Virus record (IMG/VR): IMGVR_UViG_3300036826_000588
Coordinates: 1-64,000 of that record
Source: a virus
DNA length: 64,000 bases
Strand: one strand, 5' to 3'
This document shows, in pieces, positions 10,833 to 20,885 of the stretch (position 1 is the first letter of the stretch; each line of letters opens with the position of its first letter). The notes under the pieces were generated by a model. It was not told the DNA's origin. It worked only from the letters and a program-made list of their open reading frames with translations, and ran no database searches. Made by a program: the position numbers and the translations under genes.

Positions 10833-11751
10833 GCCGGCGCTCACCCCGGAGGGCGAGCGCCGACTGCCGGCGGCGATCGCGTTCGCGCGCCTCCATCTGG
10901 AGAGCCAGGACATCGATCCGCTCTATCCGGTGCTGCGGGAGCTCCAGCGCGGGATGGAGCGGGACCAGGCGGTGTGGCACTCCTTGCTCTACGTCGCGTA
11001 CTACAACGTCGCCTCCAGCACGATCGCCTTCAGCACCTACTCGGAACCGGCGGCCGTCACGGGCCCGCTCGCCTCGCTTCCAACCGGGATCGAGCGTCGG
11101 GGCCTACGCGGCGGAGGCCCCCTGACGCAGCACACGGCGGCGTTGGAGGGCATGGCGTTCACGTACGGCGGCCTGCGCGAGTGGTTGACCAGGCGCTTCA
11201 CCGGCCAGCCGCGCACCGACTGGAACCTCGTGCAGGACACCTTCCAGGAGGCTTGGGGCAACGGCCGCTGGGCCGGCTACAAGACCGCGGAGGTGCTCAT
11301 GAAGGTCAATGGCTTCCCGCTGGAGGCAACCGACATGGGGAACGCCTTCAGCACGGGCCCGCGCCACGGCCTGGCGCTGTTCTACCCGCCGGTGGAAGGG
11401 AACACGGCACCGGCCATCCGCGAGCTGGACGCGCAGGGCTGGGATCTCCACGAGCGCATGGCTCAGGAGGGGGTCCACCTGGGCATCGAGCAACTCGAAA
11501 CGGTGCTCTGCGACTTCCACGCGATGGTCGAGGGCCGCTACTACGTCGGCTGGGACATCGACGGCCTCCAGGAGCAGTTGGACGCGGCCTGGCGGAAGGG
11601 GATCGACAGCCGGCCGTTGCTGGATCCGGTGTGGGCCGCCCGGAAGGCTGGTCTGCCCCACCGCTATCTCGGCGAGCTGAACGGCTGGAAGGGGGTCGAT
11701 CGGGCCCGTGGCCGCCAGTACCGCGACACCGGGCGGGTGCTGGGACGATGA
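10813..11751 (+). CDS. Amino-acid:DNA transferase (aGPT-Pplase/AADT family, HhH-glycosylase-like)
   Basis: DIDPLY, GRWAGYKTAEVL, GPRHGL, LETVLCDFH...GRYYVGWDID motifs; gene context. Confidence 0.8.
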   Translation: MQPRASRPALTPEGERRLPAAIAFARLHLESQDIDPLYPVLRELQRGMERDQAVWHSLLYVAYYNVASSTIAFSTYSEPAAVTGPLASLPTGIERRGLRGGGPLTQHTAALEGMAFTYGGLREWLTRRFTGQPRTDWNLVQDTFQEAWGNGRWAGYKTAEVLMKVNGFPLEATDMGNAFSTGPRHGLALFYPPVEGNTAPAIRELDAQGWDLHERMAQEGVHLGIEQLETVLCDFHAMVEGRYYVGWDIDGLQEQLDAAWRKGIDSRPLLDPVWAARKAGLPHRYLGELNGWKGVDRARGRQYRDTGRVLGR

Positions 11752-12599
11752 GCGTCCACCTTCAGGGCTTCGGCTTTCTGGGCACCTACATCGGCTACCG
11801 GCTGGAGAAGGAGGGGATCCCCTTCACGTGGTCGGACACCGACGCCGCGGTAACGGCCTGGCGTGCCTGCACCGGAGCCATCTACCCAAGTGGCCACGCG
11901 CTCGACATGGAGTGCTATGACCGGTGGTCGGGCCGGCCGCCCAGCGACGTCTTCGAGGTCGCCGACTACTGGTACAGCACGAAAGGCGCGCCGCACGAGG
12001 GCCGGTGGCCGGCTCGGCGTGACATCGGAGCGCTCCGGTTGCACGCACTCCCCAGCTACCACGTCAACGCTCAGCGGTGGGTGGAGCAGGCGCGCCGCCG
12101 GTACGCCGAGCGGCGCACCGAGTGCCGGCCGGCCAGCTCGACACTGGTGATCGCGCACGGGTTCGGCCAGCGTCTGGATCACGTCGTGTGGGGCTGGACG
12201 CGCCGCGTACGGCTCCGCTTTGACCGCGCGGTGTTCGGGCCCAGTCCGGCCTTCTACTGCCGCGAGGGGCGCTTCACGATGGCCTACGCCTACCCGACGC
12301 CGGGCGAGCTGGGCGTGTGGTACGCCGGCTCCAGCCTGATCGTCCAGCGCACACCCAAGCAGTTGGAGATCACGCCGAAGTACGCACGCTGGGAGGCCAC
12401 CTTCAAGCGGCTGACCGCGGGCCTGGTGGAAATCGAGCCGATCGGTCCGTTCGTGCAGGGCTGGCGTCCGGCTGGGCGTCCGGAAGACGACGCGATGGTT
12501 GTCCGGACACCAGAGGGATGGGCCATCCGGCCGCTGTGGCACTCGGGTGTCCGGTGGGCGCCGGCCATCGCTGACGCCGTGGTGCAGGTGTTGCGATGA
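11748..12599 (+). CDS. FAD-dependent oxidoreductase (glycine-oxidase/DAO-like)
   Basis: N-terminal GFGFLG dinucleotide-binding motif; C-terminal GWRP and HSGVRWAP motifs. Confidence 0.7.
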   Translation: MSVHLQGFGFLGTYIGYRLEKEGIPFTWSDTDAAVTAWRACTGAIYPSGHALDMECYDRWSGRPPSDVFEVADYWYSTKGAPHEGRWPARRDIGALRLHALPSYHVNAQRWVEQARRRYAERRTECRPASSTLVIAHGFGQRLDHVVWGWTRRVRLRFDRAVFGPSPAFYCREGRFTMAYAYPTPGELGVWYAGSSLIVQRTPKQLEITPKYARWEATFKRLTAGLVEIEPIGPFVQGWRPAGRPEDDAMVVRTPEGWAIRPLWHSGVRWAPAIADAVVQVLR

Positions 12600-13156
12600 C
12601 GCCCACGCTGTTCTACCTGTTCGGGCCGCCAGGCGCTGGCAAGACGACCCTGATGGAGACGCTATTGCGGGAGTGGCCGGCGATGGCACAGCACAGCGAA
12701 CCGTTCGCGTTCGTGTACCGGATCAAGGGCGGGGACTCGCTGATCGAGCTTGGAGAGCGCCGACCGCCGTTCAGCGGCACGGACACGCTCTCGATGTCGG
12801 TTGGGCCCGTGGCGTGCACGTGGATCGCTGAGCAGCCGCACCAGCGGATCGTCGGCGAAGGCGATCGTCTCGCATACGACGGCTTCTGGCTGGCGGCGCA
12901 GAACGCCGGCTACCGCCTGTGGCTGGTCCTCCTGGACACCTCCGACGTGGTTCTCGCGCTGCGCCGCGGTCGCCGAGCGGCGGCCGCCGGAGCGCAACGC
13001 CAGAACCCGCAGTGGCAGCGCGGCCGCGCGAGCAAGGCGCGCCGCCTGGCTGACACGTGGGGTGACGTGACTCGGCTCAACGCCAACCGCCCCGTGGCCG
13101 AACTGGCCGCGGAGCTGCTCTCTCACCCCTACGCCAAGGAGGTCTTCCCCGGGTGA
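12596..13156 (+). CDS. P-loop nucleotide kinase (5-hydroxymethyluracil DNA kinase-like)
   Basis: GPPGAGKTT Walker A; SGTDTLSM and EGDRL motifs. Confidence 0.8.
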   Translation: MTPTLFYLFGPPGAGKTTLMETLLREWPAMAQHSEPFAFVYRIKGGDSLIELGERRPPFSGTDTLSMSVGPVACTWIAEQPHQRIVGEGDRLAYDGFWLAAQNAGYRLWLVLLDTSDVVLALRRGRRAAAAGAQRQNPQWQRGRASKARRLADTWGDVTRLNANRPVAELAAELLSHPYAKEVFPG

Positions 13157-14025
13157 TCGACATTCGTGTCCGCACCCAGATTCCCCAGTCGGAACTCGAC
13201 TCCAAGATCGGCCGGATCCTGACCGAGGACGACTACAACATCCTGCTCACGCGAGCGACCACCGTCCGGAAGCCGGACGGTCAGCTCATGTGCGTCTACC
13301 TCCCCGGGATCATCCCGGAGGACGTGATGGCGCAGTCCTACGACACCCTCCACAGCTTCAAGAAGTTCCAGACGACCAACCGCGGCCTCGCCAGCGGAAC
13401 ACCGCGTGTGCGCCAGTACGCGGGCGGCCGCACCTACACGAAGCCGATCGCCAGCTCCATCGTGGGCGCCTTCGATGCGAAGCGCCCGTACCCGTACTGC
13501 CGCCTCACCGCCTGGACTGGCCAGGAGATGGAGCAGTACCGCGGCCTCTGGCCCCTCTTCGGCGTGATCGCCGACGCCTTCAAGAAGTACGTCCCTGACC
13601 GCTACGGCGTGCAGATGGCGATGGTCGAGAAGACGCAGCCGGAGTGGGTCATCAAGGGCACGCCGTTCACGACGGTGACGATCAACAACACCTACCCGAC
13701 TGGCGTGCACACAGATGCTGGCGACCTTCCACAGGGCTTCGGCAACCTGGCGGTGCTGCGGTACGGCGACTACAGCGGCGGCATCTTCACATTCCCACGT
13801 TACCGCGTGGGCGTTGACATGAAGCACGGCGATGTGCTGCTCATGGACGTTCACGAGTGGCATGGCAACACACAACTACAGCTCCATAGTGACGACGCGG
13901 AGCGCATCAGCATCGTCGCGTACTATCGCGCCGATGTCCACCGTTGTGGAACGTTCGCCGAGGAAGCCAAGAAGGCACAGGAGTATGAACACCAGAAGGC
14001 GGGGCGACAGGAGGCGCAACCGTGA
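13153..14025 (+). CDS. 2OG-Fe(II) dioxygenase, TET/JBP-like (5-methylpyrimidine dioxygenase)
   Basis: CRLTAWT, FTTVTINN...HTDAGD (HxD), HEWHGN, ERISIVAYYR. Confidence 0.85.
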   Translation: MIDIRVRTQIPQSELDSKIGRILTEDDYNILLTRATTVRKPDGQLMCVYLPGIIPEDVMAQSYDTLHSFKKFQTTNRGLASGTPRVRQYAGGRTYTKPIASSIVGAFDAKRPYPYCRLTAWTGQEMEQYRGLWPLFGVIADAFKKYVPDRYGVQMAMVEKTQPEWVIKGTPFTTVTINNTYPTGVHTDAGDLPQGFGNLAVLRYGDYSGGIFTFPRYRVGVDMKHGDVLLMDVHEWHGNTQLQLHSDDAERISIVAYYRADVHRCGTFAEEAKKAQEYEHQKAGRQEAQP

Positions 14026-14027
14026 TG

Positions 14028-14576
14028 CTACCGCTGGCGGCGCGCGGCGTCCCTCTCCCGTTGACAAGCACTGCACTTCTGGTAAGTGCGGCCAAGCGGG
14101 TCGGTGTACCAGTACCTGTCGCTGACTTCGTGGCCGTGTGGACACGGCATCAGTTCAGTGGCGGCCTTCCGCGTGAAGCCCGTCGGACCATAGCGCGCTC
14201 GGCGCGTGGCCCAGCGGTCTGCGTACGTCTTCGGCGGTGGGTTGCTCGCGACGAGCGTCATGGCTCGGTCGAGCTGCGCGCGTTTCTCTCCGCAGAGAAA
14301 GGGCCGAAGCAGTGTCATCACAGCTTCGGCCGCTACCCCATCCAGCTTGAGCTGGAACCCAGGCTTTCGATTCCAGTTCTTCTTCTGGATGGGTCGCGGG
14401 TAGATGGTCCCTCCGAGTGCTGCCTGAAAGCGTTCGAGGGCCGGCAGGTAGGTGTTGTAGAGGCTGATCTGGAGGTAACGCCGACCAGTGCTCTGCCGGT
14501 TGGCATGGCAGGTGCCTTCGCCGTCCCAGAAGCCGGCACACCAGGCGATCTCCGTCAGGGGAATGGGCTCGCTCAC
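14028..14576 (-). mobile_element. Free-standing LAGLIDADG homing endonuclease
   Basis: IAWCAGFWDGEGT motif; C-terminal CPHGH...C..C zinc finger; inverted relative to the operon. Confidence 0.8.
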
Positions 14577-14626
14577 GAACGAATGTTCCCCTGCATGGCT
14601 GGTCGTTACACGCCGGAGGGCGACTG

Positions 14627-15226
14627 ATGTACGCGATGCTGGGCGACGTCCCGGCAGAGGTGCGCAACACCCTCTGGCCAGAGGACTCCATCGACCAGTC
14701 GTACGCTCGCTGGAGCTCGGGCTGGACGGTCGATATCGGCCAGCGCCGGCAGCCGGCCGGCATCTTCTCGGGCCAACCGATCATCGGCCGGCTCAGTGGT
14801 TGGGAGGTCCAGCCCTTCGTCTGGGACGGCTGGTGCCTCATCCACGTCGGCGTGATCCCGCTGCCCGAGCGGCTCTGGATCGGGCGCGTACCGAACCCCT
14901 CGTGGGCGCTCCTGAAGCGTCTCGCGTGGGTCGGTAGCCACCGGGCGCACGAGCGTGCTGTGCGCGAGACGGTGGCGCTGCTCGGAGAGGCAACGTCGGG
15001 GCCGCATTCCGCCCTGGCGGGAGATCCGCAGGGCCGCATCTACGCCATCCGAATCCACGGACTTGCGGCGCGCGCTGCGGTTATCCACAGGCTGGACGGT
15101 CCCGGATGGGCCGTCGTCAGCACGGGCCCGCTGGAAGGCGGCCAAGCAGTCGAGACAGGGGTGACTCCCCTGCGCGAGAGCGCGCTGGAGGAGCGCGAAG
15201 GAACCACAGCCGGAGAGACCGCATGA
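14627..15226 (+). CDS. Hypothetical protein, possibly a divergent class II glutamine amidotransferase (Ntn-hydrolase)
   Basis: QPFVWDGWCLIHVGVI resembles HPF...HNG; catalytic Cys2 absent. Confidence 0.3.
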   Translation: MYAMLGDVPAEVRNTLWPEDSIDQSYARWSSGWTVDIGQRRQPAGIFSGQPIIGRLSGWEVQPFVWDGWCLIHVGVIPLPERLWIGRVPNPSWALLKRLAWVGSHRAHERAVRETVALLGEATSGPHSALAGDPQGRIYAIRIHGLAARAAVIHRLDGPGWAVVSTGPLEGGQAVETGVTPLRESALEEREGTTAGETA

Positions 15227-16335
15227 ACGCCACGGTGCAGACCCTGCCGCTCGACCAGATCGTCGTGGACCCCACGGTCCAGATCCGGAAGGTGACACGC
15301 GACGAAACGATCGCGCGCTACATGGAGTGCTTCGAGTACCTGCCGCCCGTCGTCGTGTACGACCTGGGCGACCACCTGCTCCTCGCGGACGGCTTTCACC
15401 GACACGGGGCGGCCAGCCGGCTGGTCGCCCGGGGGGAGCTGAATCCGCCGGTCATCAAGGCCGAGGTGCGCCAGGGCACGCGAGAGGATGCGCTGGAGTA
15501 CGCCGTGCTCGCGAACGCGGCAACCGGCGAGAAGCTCTCGATCGAGGAGCGCGACGCCGGGATCCGCCGGCTGCGCCAGCTCCACCCGCGCCACGCCGAG
15601 CGCGAGATCGCCCGCATGATGGGCGTCCACGAGTCGTGCGTGCACCGCCTGGTCGTCGTCGACCGCGTGCGCCAGGAGGTGCTGTGGAAGCCCGCCGGCC
15701 GCATCAGCGACACGCTGGTGTACGAGGTCGGGCTGGCCGAACGCCACCACTGGGCGAACCTGCTCAAGGCGGCGGACCGGCGGAACTGGACGCGCGACGA
15801 CCTCCGGCGGGTGCGCGACATCATCGGGGACGACGATGCCCCGGAGGAGTACCGCCACAAGCTGCTCGCCGGAGATGCCGACCCCGTGCCGGCGGGCGCG
15901 CCCTATCCGGTCGTGACCGTCATCCGCATGGACGACGAAGACGAGGATGTCGAGGGAGGGGAGCCCGAGGTGGACGGTGAGATCGCGGCCGCCGCGCCCC
16001 AGCGGGCCGGCTGGCGCGACCCGGTGGGCTCGGACGTTCCGGAGCGCTACAACCCGGTGCGGGCCCGACTCGTGCTGGAGTACAGCCAGCCGAACCCGGA
16101 GCCGCCGCGACACCGCGGCATTCGCGAGTACAAGCGCGAGGCGCTCGACATCCGCATCGTGCTCGACGGGACGGTGAACAACCGCGCCACGGACGGCCTT
16201 GGGGACCCGCGCGATCCGACGTGCGACCACGGGCTGGCCTACCTGCTGCGGGTCCTGAGCCAGAAGTGGTGGCGGGAGCTGTCCCCGAAGTGGCCTCAGC
16301 CGCCGGAGGCGCCGGCCCAGAGCGCGCTGCGGTGA
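15223..16335 (+). CDS. ParB-like nuclease/HTH protein
   Basis: LPPVVVY...LLADGFHR..A; following HTH (EREIARMMGVHESCVHR). Confidence 0.8.
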   Translation: MNATVQTLPLDQIVVDPTVQIRKVTRDETIARYMECFEYLPPVVVYDLGDHLLLADGFHRHGAASRLVARGELNPPVIKAEVRQGTREDALEYAVLANAATGEKLSIEERDAGIRRLRQLHPRHAEREIARMMGVHESCVHRLVVVDRVRQEVLWKPAGRISDTLVYEVGLAERHHWANLLKAADRRNWTRDDLRRVRDIIGDDDAPEEYRHKLLAGDADPVPAGAPYPVVTVIRMDDEDEDVEGGEPEVDGEIAAAAPQRAGWRDPVGSDVPERYNPVRARLVLEYSQPNPEPPRHRGIREYKREALDIRIVLDGTVNNRATDGLGDPRDPTCDHGLAYLLRVLSQKWWRELSPKWPQPPEAPAQSALR

Positions 16336-17056
16336 TCGGCGATCCCAAGAACTTCGACGCCTGGTTCCGGAAGGCGATGAACCGTCCAGCCGCACCAGCG
16401 CGGCTGGACGTCAGCGCCTACTGCGGGCAGCATCCGGACGCCGCGATGCTCCCTCTGCCCGGCCAGGAGCCGCCGAGCAACCCGCTGCCCGCCAACTACC
16501 GCGTGCGGGTGGCGTGCCCAATCTGCGGGACGGAGATCGAACTGGGTCTCCAGACAAGCGAGGAGGAACCAACGTCGTGATCGTCGTGTGCGTCTACAGC
16601 GCCGCCCAGCCGAACGAGGTACAGATCGCGGTCGGAGACGGCGCCGGCACGCTCCAAGTGGTGACCGCGGAGCGTCTTCTGCGCGAGGAGGCGGAGCGTC
16701 TGCTCACCGGGGATGGCCAGCTCCCGGAAAGCCGCGGCCAGGAGGGCTCGTGGGGCCCGTTCGAGGACGTCGGGTCCGAGGACGTGCTCATCACGGTCAC
16801 GTGGCCGGAAGAGGGTCCCCAACTCGACTACAGCGCGAGCAAGGTGGCGACGGTGGACCAGCTCCTCGCGGCCGCCATGGCGCTCAACGAGTACGGGCGC
16901 TTCGGCGTGTGGGACAGCCGCTACAGCCAGAAGCTGGCGGTGATGCAGCAGCAGATGCAGATGGCCCAGGCAGCCGAGGCACGTGACCGGGCGGGCGCGG
17001 CGATCGTGCGCGCTGCCCACCTGCCGCCGAGCTTGCGCGAGATCGGCCAGGCGTAA
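16332..17056 (+). other. Two small hypothetical proteins (16332-16580, 16577-17056)
   Basis: GTGA overlaps and RBS-like sequences. Confidence 0.55.
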
Positions 17057-17079
17057 CGGTGCGGCCGGTCCGGGGGTGT

Positions 17080-17481
17080 CTATGCTCCCGGACCGGCCGC
17101 TGCCCTGACCGTCACGTACGCGGTGCCGACCACTCCAGCCGTCATGGCCAGGCCCGCGAGCACCCCGTGTCGCACGCGCGCATGCCCCCACACCAGGTTG
17201 GAGGGGTGGAGCCGACCTTCCAGAACCTCGGTCCAATCCCCGAGGATCGCCTCGGCTTCCTGGTCGAGAAGGAACCCGCGGCGGCGGAGGCGGTACCCGT
17301 GACCGTCAGGTCCGCGGTGGTAGACCATGTGGCACAGGACTGGCCGACAGCAGGACCAGGAGACGAACCAGCTCAAGAGCACCAGACTCGCCACCCACCA
17401 GAGCAGATCCTTGGTCGCGGCCAGCGCTCGGTCGGCCACAACGCCGACCCAACCCGGGACCCACGAATCATCTCTCCTCAC
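17080..17481 (-). CDS. Putative membrane protein
   Basis: Two hydrophobic segments. Confidence 0.45.
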   Translation of the reverse strand: MRRDDSWVPGWVGVVADRALAATKDLLWWVASLVLLSWFVSWSCCRPVLCHMVYHRGPDGHGYRLRRRGFLLDQEAEAILGDWTEVLEGRLHPSNLVWGHARVRHGVLAGLAMTAGVVGTAYVTVRAAAGPGA

Positions 17482-17509
17482 TTCCGGGAGACTACCATCG
17501 CGGAACGGG

Positions 17510-17704
17510 TCAGGGTCGGCCAGTCGAATGCCCCGAGGAGGACCCGCTGTTCTGCTCTGGCGCTCCCTGAACCGGAAGGCCCGCCTGCCGCAATTGCTGC
17601 TGCTTCAGGGCCGTCGCCTCATGGCGCTCGGCGATTGGCACCGTCATCGGGCGCCCCTTGTGCGACCTGTTCACGGGGAACCCGCTCCCACCTCGTCCGC
17701 CCAT
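17510..17704 (-). CDS. Small protein starting MGGRG, as often found after DUF4417 genes
   Basis: TGATG overlap with the DUF4417 stop. Confidence 0.5.
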   Translation of the reverse strand: MGGRGGSGFPVNRSHKGRPMTVPIAERHEATALKQQQLRQAGLPVQGAPEQNSGSSSGHSTGRP

Positions 17705-18423
17705 CAGCTCTCGATCCTCCTCCGGTGTCGCCATCCGCGCAGCTCGTGCATGGTCGGGTACTCGCGCCGCGGCGGGAGATCCAGCCCGTCAGCCAGGTCC
17801 CCCAGCCCTCCGTAGATGATGAGCCGGGGTGGCTCCAATTCGCGGCATAGGGTGGCCAGTCCTTCGCGGAATAGGACCCGTGATTCGCTAGAAGAGATCC
17901 CTACGGCCGATGCCGCGAGGGGGACCCCGGAGGGGAGCCCTGAAAAGCAAATTTCAAAGGAATCTCTTTCTGACCACGTCACGGTCGGGATCACCTTGAT
18001 GCCCCGCCACTCCCAGTAGGCCGCAACCCACCTGGCACGGTACACCTGCCACTCCTGCATCACGCGCGGCATCCATGGGTACACGCTGAAGTCGGGACCC
18101 AGCGCGTGTCCGAACGGCGCGATGCGCTCGACAGCACGCTCAGGCGAGCTCCAGCAGCTCTCGAACCGGTAGTCGTCCAGGAAGAAGTGGACCGTGTCGC
18201 CGAGCTGGCGCTGACGCAGCATTGAGCGCGTGTAGTTGTAGGCGACCAGGCCGCTCGGCTCGAAGTCGCTGCCCTTCACGCTCGGGATGCCCAGCGGCGG
18301 GCTGCCCTTGAAGATGCAGCTCAGGTTGAGCATGTCGAAGTTCCCTGGCCGCCGGCTCCAGCGCCCGCTGCTCTTGGTGCTCGCGCCGTCGATCGCCTCG
18401 GCTGGCTCCTGCATTTTGCGCAA
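17704..18423 (-). CDS. DUF4417 domain protein
   Basis: VHFFLDDYRFE, GPDFSVY, IKVIPTVTW and IIYG motifs. Confidence 0.85.
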   Translation of the reverse strand: MRKMQEPAEAIDGASTKSSGRWSRRPGNFDMLNLSCIFKGSPPLGIPSVKGSDFEPSGLVAYNYTRSMLRQRQLGDTVHFFLDDYRFESCWSSPERAVERIAPFGHALGPDFSVYPWMPRVMQEWQVYRARWVAAYWEWRGIKVIPTVTWSERDSFEICFSGLPSGVPLAASAVGISSSESRVLFREGLATLCRELEPPRLIIYGGLGDLADGLDLPPRREYPTMHELRGWRHRRRIES

Positions 18424-19071
18424 GCGTGAGATGAAATTTCACTTGACCGAAAATATGGTCAAGCGCCAAATTTGGTGCAGGCCGCCTAATCCCGACGGCC
18501 GCCGCGCCGCCGCCGCCGCCCGATCCCTTGGCGCCCAAGTGGTCAGTCAGGCTTGAAGGCAAGGGGGTTGACCGCCAGAACGCCAAAAGGTCAGGCGACC
18601 ACGTAGTTCGGGGGTTGACCACTTGGTGGGCGTGAGGTCACGCGGCCAAGCGGCCAGGACGCCAAGCAGCTTCAGCGGCGTGAGGGGAGGCGCCTTACTA
18701 CTCAGGCGGTAGCGCGGAACGCGGCGTTCCGTAGGCGCGCGTGGACGACCGGAACAAGCGGTTCCGGCCGGTGCCCGGGCGCGCCGAATCGGTGTCACAC
18801 CCATGGCGGTGTCACGGTTTCAGCCGGCCGAACGGCCGTGAGCAGCTCAGCGTGGGCGTGCTCGTTGGCGGTTTGCCGTGGGGTCGGGGCGGTTCACAGA
18901 CGAATTGTAGCCGCACGCGCCGGGTGAAGTCAAGCGGTTGCCGTCCGCTTTGACGCGGCGCGTTAGGATTTTCAGGGCAGGGCGGATGGTGGCGCGTCGG
19001 GCGACCGTGGCGCGGTCGACGCTGCGCACCCGCGTCAGCGGGCGGCGTCGGCGGAGCGGGCTGAGGCTGGC

Positions 19072-19242
19072 CTAGCCGGCCAGGATCAGCGCCTGCTCCT
19101 CCAGCTCCTCAGCGGTCGCGCGGTGCTCGCAGGTGGCTTCGTAGTGCTCGCAGAAGCAGATGCGGCAGTGGTCCGAGCCGAATTCCTCGATCAGCGCGCC
19201 GCAGTGGCAGCGGTCGGTGGCGGCGGTTCCGGGGCAGTTCAT
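19072..19242 (-). CDS. Small Cys-rich leaderless protein (MNC start)
   Basis: TTGCGT-17-TATAGT-7nt-ATG AAC TGC on the minus strand. Confidence 0.7.
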   Translation of the reverse strand: MNCPGTAATDRCHCGALIEEFGSDHCRICFCEHYEATCEHRATAEELEEQALILAG

Positions 19243-19346
19243 ACGACGAACTATAGCCGCTAGCGCGGATAAACGCAAGCAAAAATAGGCCAAAATTAGC
19301 GGTAAAACCGCTTGCGTTTCACCGGCCGGTCGGCTACGATTCGGGT

Positions 19347-19706
19347 ATGAACTGCTCCGCCGGAACCGCCCCCGCTCCCGCGTACGACCCGCCCGCGGTC
19401 GACCGCGCGGCCGTCGAGTTCTACCTGTGCCGGTTCGGCGCGATGGTCACGCTTGAGGAGACGCACCCGGCCGGCGACCCCCACGCGAACGAGGTCGTCA
19501 GCGCGCTGTGGTACGAGGCGGAGACGGGCGCGTACAACGACCCGGAAGCACCGGGCGCGCCGGGCGAACCGCCGGCCGCGTGGGTGGCCGACGAAGCGGC
19601 CAAGCGGGTGGCGTTCGTGCTGATGGCTCTGACGTTCGGATTCCACTTCGCCGCTGAGGCGGCGAAATCCGTGCTCGACCAGGCTGAGCCGGCTGAGCTG
19701 AGGTAG
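19347..19706 (+). CDS. Hypothetical early protein (MNC)
   Basis: Leaderless cassette. Confidence 0.75.
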   Translation: MNCSAGTAPAPAYDPPAVDRAAVEFYLCRFGAMVTLEETHPAGDPHANEVVSALWYEAETGAYNDPEAPGAPGEPPAAWVADEAAKRVAFVLMALTFGFHFAAEAAKSVLDQAEPAELR

Positions 19707-19771
19707 CCGGGTGCCGGGCGTGCGCCAAAATAGGTGTTGCGCCCGGCGCGCCACGCGGCTATAATTCGAAT

Positions 19772-20221
19772 ATGAACTGTGACGCCACCGATAGCTGGAC
19801 GCTCGCGGACGGGACCCGCGTGGACGTGGACCGCTTCCGTGAGGCGTGCCCGATCAACGTCGGGCCGAACCGGTGCCCGGGCTGGGGCTGGGACGTGGAC
19901 CACGGACACAACGGGTCGATGGAGGTGGACGACCGCACAGGCCGGGTCACCGAGTACCACGCGTTCCTGGGTGACTACGAAAGCGTGAAGGTCGTGGCCG
20001 GCGCCCGGTGGTGCGCCGAGCTGGTGCCCGACGGCCGGACCGCGAACCGGGTGTGGCGGAACCGCGCGCTCATCAGCGCCGCGTTGGTCGGCCACCTCGG
20101 GGAGCGCGGCGCTTTCGAGCACGCGTACCGGCTGAGCGTCACGTTCGACGGCGCCCGGATGACGATCCGTGAGTACGACTTCGGCCGGTTCACCCTCACG
20201 GTCGACGCCGCGCTGAAGTAG
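19772..20221 (+). CDS. Hypothetical early protein (MNC)
   Basis: Leaderless cassette with perfect TATAAT. Confidence 0.75.
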   Translation: MNCDATDSWTLADGTRVDVDRFREACPINVGPNRCPGWGWDVDHGHNGSMEVDDRTGRVTEYHAFLGDYESVKVVAGARWCAELVPDGRTANRVWRNRALISAALVGHLGERGAFEHAYRLSVTFDGARMTIREYDFGRFTLTVDAALK

Positions 20222-20279
20222 GCGCGAAAAGGCGTCCGGTAAGCTTGACTTACCGGACGCCAGCGGCTACGATTCGAAT

Positions 20280-20747
20280 ATGAACTGCACCGACACCGCC
20301 CCGGCCGCCGGCGTCCGCGTCGCCTCCGTGAAGGTCATGAAGATGGAGCCGGACCGCCCGTACGGCGCGACCAAGGAGCACGTCAAGGCGCGCCTGTACT
20401 TCAGCGGTACCCGCACCGGCGAGTACGAAGCGCTGGGCGCGCTGCTCGCCGCGCAGACCGGGCGGTCGCGTGCGGTTGCGCCACCCCTGGGGCCGAACGG
20501 GGAGCCCGCCCCCGCCGACGAGTGGGAAGCCTTCGAGTCGGCCGCCGTGCTCGACTACCGAGACCGCGTCGGCGCGTACCGGTCGCTGGTGGACGCCGCG
20601 CTGGCCGCCGCTGGCCTGCCGGCGCAGAAGGCGGTCTGGGGCGCCCGGGCGGGCTGCTCCTGCGGGTGCTCCCCCGCGTTCGTCCTCGGCCTCACCCGCG
20701 GCGTGAACGTGTTCGTGGGCTATGAGGTGGTGCCGGCCGGCGAGTAG
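20280..20747 (+). CDS. Hypothetical early protein (MNC) with AGCSCGCSP motif
   Basis: Leaderless cassette. Confidence 0.75.
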   Translation: MNCTDTAPAAGVRVASVKVMKMEPDRPYGATKEHVKARLYFSGTRTGEYEALGALLAAQTGRSRAVAPPLGPNGEPAPADEWEAFESAAVLDYRDRVGAYRSLVDAALAAAGLPAQKAVWGARAGCSCGCSPAFVLGLTRGVNVFVGYEVVPAGE

Positions 20748-20885
20748 CGGGCCAGGCGTCGGGCGCAAGCGTCGGGCGGAGCGGCCGCCCGACGCTTCGG
20801 CGTGTCCGGAAAACGGGGTGGTTGGTCGTCCAAAAAGTTCACCAAAGTTGTTGCGATTCCCGTCGCAAGCGGCTACGATTCGAGC

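Noticed and set aside
14022-14627. Plus-strand ORF bridging the dioxygenase and the next gene
   Set aside because: No motifs; the opposite strand carries a clear LAGLIDADG protein
19330-19355. LexA/SOS box in the TTCG...GAAC motif
   Set aside because: Orientation and spacing do not fit GAAC-N4-GTTC
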